DNA of 64,000 nucleotides from the NCBI RefSeq assembly GCF_009914755.1, contig NC_060948.1; one strand, written 5' to 3'. Each line of letters opens with the position of its first letter. Position 1 is the first letter of the stretch. Shown here one piece after another: positions 55,801-64,000 of this stretch. The notes beneath the pieces were generated by a model, which was given only the letters and a program-made list of their open reading frames with translations, made no database searches and was not told the DNA's origin. This DNA comes from the human T2T-CHM13v2.0 reference genome, Homo sapiens. Both the position numbers and the translations under genes were made by a program.

Positions 55801-58800
55801 GGAATGTCATGGAATGGCATCAAATGGAATGGCATCAAATGGAATGGAATCGAATGCAATGGAATGCTATGGAATGGAATGGAATGCATTGGAATGGAAT
55901 GTCCTCTAATGGAATGGATTCGAGTGGAATGGCATCGAATATAATGGAGTCGAATGAAATGGAATTGAAAAGAATGGGATCGAATACAATGGAATATACT
56001 GGAATGTAATGTAATGAACTCGAATGTAATTGACTGGAATGGAATGTACATGAATGGAATGTAATCGAATGGAAAGTAATCCAATGGAATAGAATCTAAT
56101 GCAATAAAATCGACTCAAATAGAGTAGAATGTAATGGAATGGAGTGCAGTGCAATGGAATGGAATGGAATGGAATGCAATGGAATGGAATGGAATGGAAT
56201 GGAATGGAATGGAATGGAATGGAATGGAATGGGATGGAATGGTATGGAATGGATAGTAATGGACTGGAGTGAAATGGACTGGAAAGGAATGGACTCAAAT
56301 TGAAAGGGCTCGAAAGGAATGGAGTCAAATGGAATGGTCTGGAATGGAATGAACACGAAAGTAATGCAATCCAATAGAATGGAATCGAATGGCATGGAAT
56401 ATAAAGAAATGGAATCGAAGAGAATGGAAACAAATGGAATGGAATTGAATGGAATGGAATTGAATGGAATGGGAACGAATGGAGTGAAATTGTATGCAGT
56501 AGAAGGGAATAGAATGGAATGCAAGCGAAAGGAAAGGAATGGATTGGAATGGAATGGAATTCATTGGAATGGAAGAGAATGTAGTGTAATGGACAGGCCT
56601 GGAATAAAGTGGAATGCTACGGTCTCGAATGGAATAAAAATGTATGGAATGGAATGCAATGAAACGGAATCGAATGTCATAGAATGTAATGGAATGCAAA
56701 CAAATGGAATCCAAAATCATTGACTGGAAAGGCTGGGTGTCGAAAGGAATTGACTCCAATGGAATGGAATCGAATGGAATGGAAGTGAATAGAATCGAAC
56801 TAAATCGAATGGAATGGAATTGATAGGAACGGAATGGAAAGGAATGCAATGATTTGGCACGGAATGGAATCGAATGGCATCGAATGGAATGGAATGGAAT
56901 GCAATTGAATGGAACGTATTAGAATGTAATGAACTTTAATGGAATGTACTCGAATGGATTCGACTGGAATGGAATGTTCTGGAAGTGAATGGACTCCAAT
57001 GGAATGGATTCAAAAGGAATGGAATCGTACGGAATGGAATCTAATGGAATGGAATTAAATGGAAATGAATCAAATTGAATAGCATGGAATTGAATTGAAT
57101 GGAATCGAATGCAATGGAATCTAATGAAACGGAAAGGAAAGGAATGGAATGGAATGGAATGGGCTGGAATGGAAAGGAATTGAAACGAATGGAATGGAAT
57201 CGACCTGACGAGACTGGAATGGAATGCACTGGAATGGAAGGGAGTGTAATGGAAGGTTCTCGAAAAAAATGGAATCGAATGGAATGGAATTGAATGGAAC
57301 GGAATAGAGTCGAATGGAATTGAATGGAATTGAATGGACTAGAGTGAAATGGAATCGAACCACAAGGAATGGACAGGAATAGAATGGTCTCGAATTGAAT
57401 GGAATCGTATGGAATGGCATCAAACGGAACGGAATGGACAGCCACGGAATGGAATGCACTCGAATGCAATGGAGTCGAAACTAATGGACTGGAATAGAAT
57501 GGATTCGACTGGTACGGACTCCAATGGAATGGAATCGAATGGAAGGGAATCGAACGGAATGGACTCGAAGGGAAAAGACTGCAATGGAAAGGTCTCGAAT
57601 GGAATGGAAATTAATGGAATGGAATGGAATCGAATGAAATGGAGTCAAAAGGAATGGAATCGAATGGCAAGAAATCGAATGTAATGGAATCGCAAGGAAT
57701 TGATGTGAACGGAACGGAATGGAATGGAATCCAAAGGAATGGAATAGAATGGAATGGAATCGAATGGAAAGGACTCGAATGGAAATCACTCGAATAGAAT
57801 GCAATTTAATAAAATAGGATCAAATGTAATGGAATGGAATGGAAAGGAATCGAAACGAAAGGAATGGAGACAGATGGAATGGAATGGAACAGAGAGCAAT
57901 GGTATAGAATGGAATGGAATCATCTGGAATGGAATTGAATGGAATGGAATAATATGAAATGGAATGGAATGGAATGGAATGGAATGCCCTTGAATTAAAT
58001 GGACTGGAATGGAATGGACTCGAACAGAGTGGAATGGAAAGTGTTGAGATAGAATGGAATGGACTCCTTTGGAATGGTGTAGTATGCAATGCAATCGACT
58101 GGCAGGGAATCAAAAGGAATGTAATGGAATGGATTGGACTGGAATGCAATGGACTCGAATAGATTGGAAACGGAATGCAAAGGAATGGAATGGAATAGTA
58201 TGGAATGGAATGGAAAGGAATGGAGTGGAATAGACTAGAGTGGAATGGAATGGACTGGAAAGCAATGGACTGGAATGGAACTTTCTTGAATGGACTGGAA
58301 TCAAACGGAATGGAATGCAATGCAATCAAATGGCATGGAATAAAATAGAATGAAAGAGAATCAAATGGAATTGAATCGAATGGAATCGAATGGATTGGAA
58401 AGGAATAGAATGGAATGGAATGGAATTGACTCAAATGGAATGGACTAGAATGGAATGGATTCGAATGGAAGGCAAAGGAATGGAATCTATTGGAATGGAC
58501 TGTAATGGAATGGAATGGAAGGGATTGGAATGGACTCTAATGGAATGGACTGCAATAGAAAGGATTCGAATGGAATGAAAAAGAATTGAATGGAATAGAA
58601 CAGAATGGAATCAAATCGAATGAAATGGAATGGAATAGAAAGGAATGGAATGAAATGGAATGGAAAGGATTCAAATGGAATGCAATCGAATGGAATGGAA
58701 TCGAACGGAATGGAATAAAATGGAAGAAAACTGGCAAGAAATGGAATCGAAATGAATGGAGTGTTATGGAACGGACTCAAAAGGAATTGAATGTAATAGA

Positions 58801-61800
58801 ATGGAGTGGAGTGGACTCGAATATAATGGACTGGAATGGAATGAAATCACATGGAATGGGAACGAATGGAATGGAATGGAAAGGAATGGAATCGAATGGA
58901 AAGGAATCGAATGGAAGGGAATGAAATTGAATCAACAGGAATGGAAGGGAATAGAATAGACGGTAATGGAATGGACTCGAATAGAATGGACACGAATGCT
59001 GAAATTGAATGGACTCGAATGGAATGGAAACGAAAGGAATGTCATCGAATGGAATTGAATCGATTGGAATGAAATCGCATAGAATGGAGTGGAATCAAAT
59101 GGAATTGAATCGAAAGGAAAGGAAGCAAATGGACTGAAATGAAATGGAATGGAATTGAATGGAAAGTTATGTAATGGAATGGAATGGAACGAAATTTCAC
59201 GGAATGGAATCAAACTGAATGGAATCAAATCAATGGAATCAAATCAAATGGAATGGAAAGGAATTGAATGGAGTAGATTGGATTGGACGGGATTGGAATG
59301 AAATGTACTGGAAAGGACTCGAATTTCATGAAACGGAATGGAATGAATTGGAACGGAACGGACTCGAATGGAATGGAATGTCATGGAATGGCATCAAATG
59401 GAATGACATCAAATGGAATGGAATCGAATGCAATGGAATGCTATGGAATGGAATGGAATGCATTGGAATGGAATGTCCTCAAAAGGAATGGATTCGAGTG
59501 GAATGGAATCGAATATAATGGAGTCGAATGAAATGGAATTGAAAGGAATGGGATCGAATACAATGGAATATACTGGAATGTAATGTAATGAACTCGAATG
59601 TAATTGACTGGAATGGAATGTACATGAATGGAAAGTAATCGAATGGAAAGTAATCCAATGGAATAGAATCTAATGCAATAAAATCGACTCAGATAGAGTA
59701 GAATGTAATGGAATGGAGTGCAGTGCAATGGAATGGAATGGAATGGAATGCAATGGAATGGAATGGAATGGAAAGGAATAGAATGGAATGGTGTGGAATG
59801 GATAGTAATGGACTGGAGTGAAATGGACTGGAAAGGAATGGACTCAAATTGAAAGGGCTCGAAAGGAATGGAGTCAAATGGAATGGTCTGGAATGGAATG
59901 AACACGAATGTAATGCAATCCAATAGAATGGAATCGAATGGCATGGAATATAAAGAAATGGAATCGAAGAGAATGGAAACAAATGGAATGGAATTGAGTG
60001 GAATGGAATTGAATGGAATGGGAACGAATGGAGTGAAATTGTATGCAGTAGAAGAGAATAGAATGGAATGCAAACGAAAGGAAAGGAATGGATTGGAATG
60101 GAATGGAATTCATTGGAATGGAAGGGAATGTAGTGTAATGGACAGGCCTGGAATAAAGTGGAATGCTACGGTCTCGAATGGAATAAAAATGTATGGAATG
60201 GAATGCAATGAAACGGAATCGAATGTCATAGAATGTAATGGAATGCAAAAAAATGGAATCCAAAATCATTGACTGGAAAGGCTGGGTGTCGAAAGGAATT
60301 GACTCCAATGGAATGGAATCGAATGGAATGGAAGTGAATAGAATCGAACTAAATCGAATGGAATGGAATTGATAGGAACGGAATGGAAAGGAATGCAATG
60401 ATTTGGCATGGAATGGAATCGAATGGCATCGAATGGAATGGAATGGAATGCAATGGAATGGAATGTATTAGAATGTAATGAACTTTAATGGAATGTACTC
60501 GAATGGATTCGACTGGAATGGAATGTTCTGGAAGTGAATGGACTCCAATGGAATGGATTCCAAAGGAATGGAATCGTACGGAATGGAATCTAATGGAATG
60601 GAATTAAATGGAAATGAATCAAATTGAATAGCACGGGATTGAATTGAATGGAATGGAATGCAATGGAATCTAATGAAACGGAAAGGAAAGGAATGGAATG
60701 GAATGGAATGGGCTGGAATGGAAAGGAATCGAAACGAATGGAATGGAATCGAACTGAAGAGACTGGAATGGAATGCACTGGAATGGAAGGGAGTGTAATG
60801 GAAGGTTCTCGGAAAAAATGGAATGGAATGGAATGGAATTGAATGGAACGGAATAGAGTCGAAGGGAATTGAATGGAATGGAATGGACTAGAGTGAATTG
60901 GAATCAAACCACAAGGAATGGACAGGAATAGAATGGTCTCGAATTGAATGGAATCGTATGGAATGGCATCAAACGGAATGGAATGGACAGCCACGGAATG
61001 GAATGCACTCGAATGCAATGGAGTCGAAACTAATGGACTGGAATAGAATGGACTCGACTGGTACGGACTCCAATGGAATGGAATCGAATGGAAGGGAATC
61101 GAACGGAATGGAATCGGAGGGAAAAGACTGCAATGGAAAGGTCTCAAATGGAATGGAAATTAATGGAATGGAATGGAATCGAATGAAATGGAGTCAAAAG
61201 CAATGGAATCGAATGGCAAGAAATCGAATGTAATGGAATCGCAAGGAATTGATGTGAACGGAACGGAATGGAATGGAATCCAAAGGAATGGAATAGAATG
61301 GAATGGAATCGAATGGAAAGGACTCGAATGGAAATCACTCGAATAGAATGCAATTTAATAAAATAGGATCAAATGTAATGGAATGGAATGGAAAGGAATC
61401 GAAACTAAAGGAATGGAGACAGATGGAATGGAATAGAACAGAGAGCAATGGTATAAAATGGAATGGAATCATCTGGAATGGAATTGAATGGAATGGAATA
61501 ATATGAAATGGAATGGAATGGAATGGAATGGAATGCCCTTGAATTAAATGGACTGGAATGGAATGGACTCGAACAGAGTGGAATGGAAAGTGTTGAGATA
61601 GAATGGAATGGACTCCTTTGGAATGGTGTAGTATGCAATGCAATCGACTGGCAGGGTATCAAAAGGAATTTAATCGAATGGATTGGACTGGAATGCAATG
61701 GACTCGAATAGATTGGAAACGGAATGCAAAGGAATGGAATGGAATAGTATGGAATGGAATGGAAAGGAATGGAGTTGAATAGACTAGAGTGGAATGGAAT

Positions 61801-63634
61801 GGACTGGAAAGCAATGGACTGGAATGGAACTCTCTTGAATGGACTGGAATCAAACGGAATGGAATGCAATGCAATCAAATGGCATGGAATAAAATAGAAT
61901 GAAAGAGAATCAAATGGAATTGAATCGAATGGAATCGAATGGATTGGAAAGGAATAGAATGGAATGGAATGGAATGGACTAGAATGGATTGGATTCGAAT
62001 GGAAGGGAAAGGAATGGAATCTATTGGAATGGACTGTAATGGAATGGAATGGAAGGGATTGGAATGGACTCGAATGGAATGGACTGCAATAGAAAGGATT
62101 CGAATGGAATGAAAAAGAGTTGAATGGAATAGAACAGAATGGAATCAAATCGAATGAAATGGAATGGAATAGAAAGGAATGGAATGAAATGGAATGGAAA
62201 GGATTCGAATGGAATGCAATCGAATGGAATGGAATCGAACGGAATGGAATAAAATGGAAGAAAACTGGCAAGAAATGGAATCGAAATGAATGGAGTGTTA
62301 TGGAACGGACTCAAAAGGAATTGAATGTAATAGAATGGAGTGGAGTGGACTCGAATATAATGGACTGGAATGGAATGAAATCACATGGAATGGGAACGAA
62401 TGGAATGGAATGGAAAGGAATGGAATCGAATGGAAAGGAATCGAATGGAAGGGAATGAAATTGAATCAACAGGAATGGAAGGGAATAGAATAGACGGTAA
62501 TGGAATGGACTCGAATAGAATGGACACGAATGCTCAAATTGAATGGACTCGAATGGAATGGAAACGAAAGGAATGTCATCGAATGGAATTGAATCGATTG
62601 GAATGAAATCGCATAGAATGGAGTGGAATCAAATGGAATTGAATCGAAAGGAAAGGAAGCGAATGGACTGAAATGAAATGGAATGGAATTGAATGGAAAG
62701 TAATGCAATGGAATAGAATGGAACGAAATTTCACGGAATGGAATCAAACTGAATGGAATCAAATCAATGGAATCCAATCAAATGGAATGGAGTAGATTGG
62801 ATTGGATGGGATTGGAATGAAATATACTGGAAAGGACTCGAATCTCATGAAACGGAATGTAATGAATTGGAACGGAATGGACTCGAATGGAATGGAATGT
62901 CATAGAATGGCATCAAATGGAATGGCATCAAATGGAATGGAATCGAATGCAATGGAATGCTATGGAATGGAATGGAATGCATTGGAATGGAATGTCCTCT
63001 AATGGAATGGATTCGAGTGGAATGGAATCGAATATAATGGAGTCGAATGAAATGGAATTGAAAGGAATGGGATCGAATACAATGGAATATACTGGAATGT
63101 AATGTAATGAACTCGAATGTAATTGACTGGAATGGAATGTACATGAATGGAATGTAATCGAATGGAAAGTAATCCAATGGAATAGAATCTAATGCAATAA
63201 AATCGACTCAGATAGAGTAGAATGTAATGGAATGGAGTGCAGTGCAATGGAATGGAATGGAATGGAATGCAATGGAATGGAATGGAATGGAATGGAATGG
63301 AATGGAATGGGATGGAATGGTATGGAATGGATAGTAATGGACTGGAGTGAAATGGACTGGAAAGGAATGGACTCAAATTGAAAGGGCTGGAAAGGAATGG
63401 AGTCAAATGGAATGGTCTGGAATGGAATGAACACGAAAGTAATGCAATCCAATAGAATGGAATCGAATAGCATGGAATATAATGAAATGGAATCGAAGAG
63501 AATGGAAACAAATGGAATGGAATTGAATGGAATGGAATTGAATGGAATGGGAACGAATGGAGTGAAATTGTATGCAGTAGAAGGGAATAGAATGGAATGC
63601 AAGCGAAAGGAAAGGAATGGATTGGAATGGAATG
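13840..63634 (+). repeat. Fourteen consecutive full-length units (3529-3574 bp)
   Basis: EcoRI-homologous positions at 13840, 17409, 20967, 24516, 28089, 31638, 35206, 38750, 42309, 45873, 49419, 52983, 56557, 60106 and 63635 give lengths 3569, 3558, 3549, 3573, 3549, 3568, 3544, 3559, 3564, 3546, 3564, 3574, 3549 and 3529. Confidence 0.9.
49419..52982 (+). repeat. Canonical-length 3564-bp unit (representative monomer)
   Basis: GGCC at 49458 and 53022 are 3564 bp apart; 42309-45872 has the same length. Confidence 0.9.
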
Positions 63635-64000
63635 GAATTCATTGGAATGGAAGGGAATGTAGTGTAATGGACAGGCCTGGAATAAAGTGGAATGCTACGG
63701 TCTCGAATGGAATAAAAATGTATGGAATGGAATGCAATGAAACGGAATCGAATGTCATAGAATGTAATGGAATGCAAAAAAATGGAATCCAAAATCATTG
63801 ACTGGAAAGGCTGGGTGTCGAAAGGAATTGACTCCAATGGAATGGAATCGAATGGAATGGAAGTGAATAGAATCGAACTAAATCGAATGGAATGGAATTG
63901 ATAGGAACGGAATGGAAAGGAATGCAATGATTTGGCACGGAATGGAATCGAATGGCATCGAATGGAATGGAATGGAATGCAATGGAATGGAACGTATTAG

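Larger units (their letters stand above)
1..64000 (+). repeat. DYZ1: Human satellite 3 (HSat3) array, DYZ1-type ~3.56 kb higher-order repeat of diverged GGAAT pentamers
   Basis: Seen: GGAAT and variants (CGAAT, GGACT, GCAAT, TGAAT) from end to end. Landmark words (aaggctgggtgtcg, gacagccacgg, gcccttgaatt, gtcctctaat) recur about every 3.55 kb. The same ORF-track landmark starts at 1211, 4770, 6773, 10317, 12320, 15874, 19422, 22986, 26544, 30093, 33671, 37225, 40769, 44338, 47892, 51448, 55012, 58586 and 62120. Established: DYZ1 is the ~3.5 kb HaeIII/EcoRI male-specific satellite with a 3564-bp reference unit. Confidence 0.95.

Noticed and set aside
24-63927. Hundreds of ORFs (MEWNG-rich on +, FHSIP-rich on -)
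   Set aside because: They are direct translations of (GGAAT)n/(ATTCC)n, which lack stop codons. They overlap in all frames, show no domain, and change length with pentamer indels.
1-64000. CRISPR-like or repeat-spacer array
   Set aside because: There are no unique spacers; every landmark word recurs in each unit.
1-64000. DYZ2/HSat1B, Alu, L1 insertions or an inversion
   Set aside because: No AT-rich or Alu segment, poly-A tail or switch to CATTC on the + strand was seen.
1-64000. HSat2, telomeric repeat or a pathogenic TGGAA expansion
   Set aside because: It lacks the HSat2 CATTCGATTC/GATGAT-type organisation and TTAGGG; pure tracts are only about 10 copies within a 3.56-kb unit.

Overview
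The whole 64 kb window is one uninterrupted, same-orientation array of diverged (GGAAT)n pentamers organised into a ~3.55 kb higher-order unit. Unit length (two units are exactly 3564 bp) and the single EcoRI and HaeIII site per typical unit match human satellite 3 of the DYZ1 type (Yq12 heterochromatin); that assignment rests on recalled family properties, not a search. One internal landmark recurs 19 times: 16 spacings are 3534-3578 bp and two are 2003 bp, because two units share the same 1545-bp deletion. I found no gene, RNA gene, transposon, DYZ2/Alu block or inversion, and all listed ORFs are translation artefacts of the pentamer. I cannot support a new gene system here. The most interesting signals are (i) three perfect tripartite heat-shock elements and one AP-1 site at fixed positions in each full unit, within a TEAD-motif-rich background, and (ii) a readable history of nested duplications (5.5 kb, 7.1 kb, 3.56 kb), a homology-flanked deletion and reciprocal 15-bp indels. 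All counts were made by eye and need computational confirmation.
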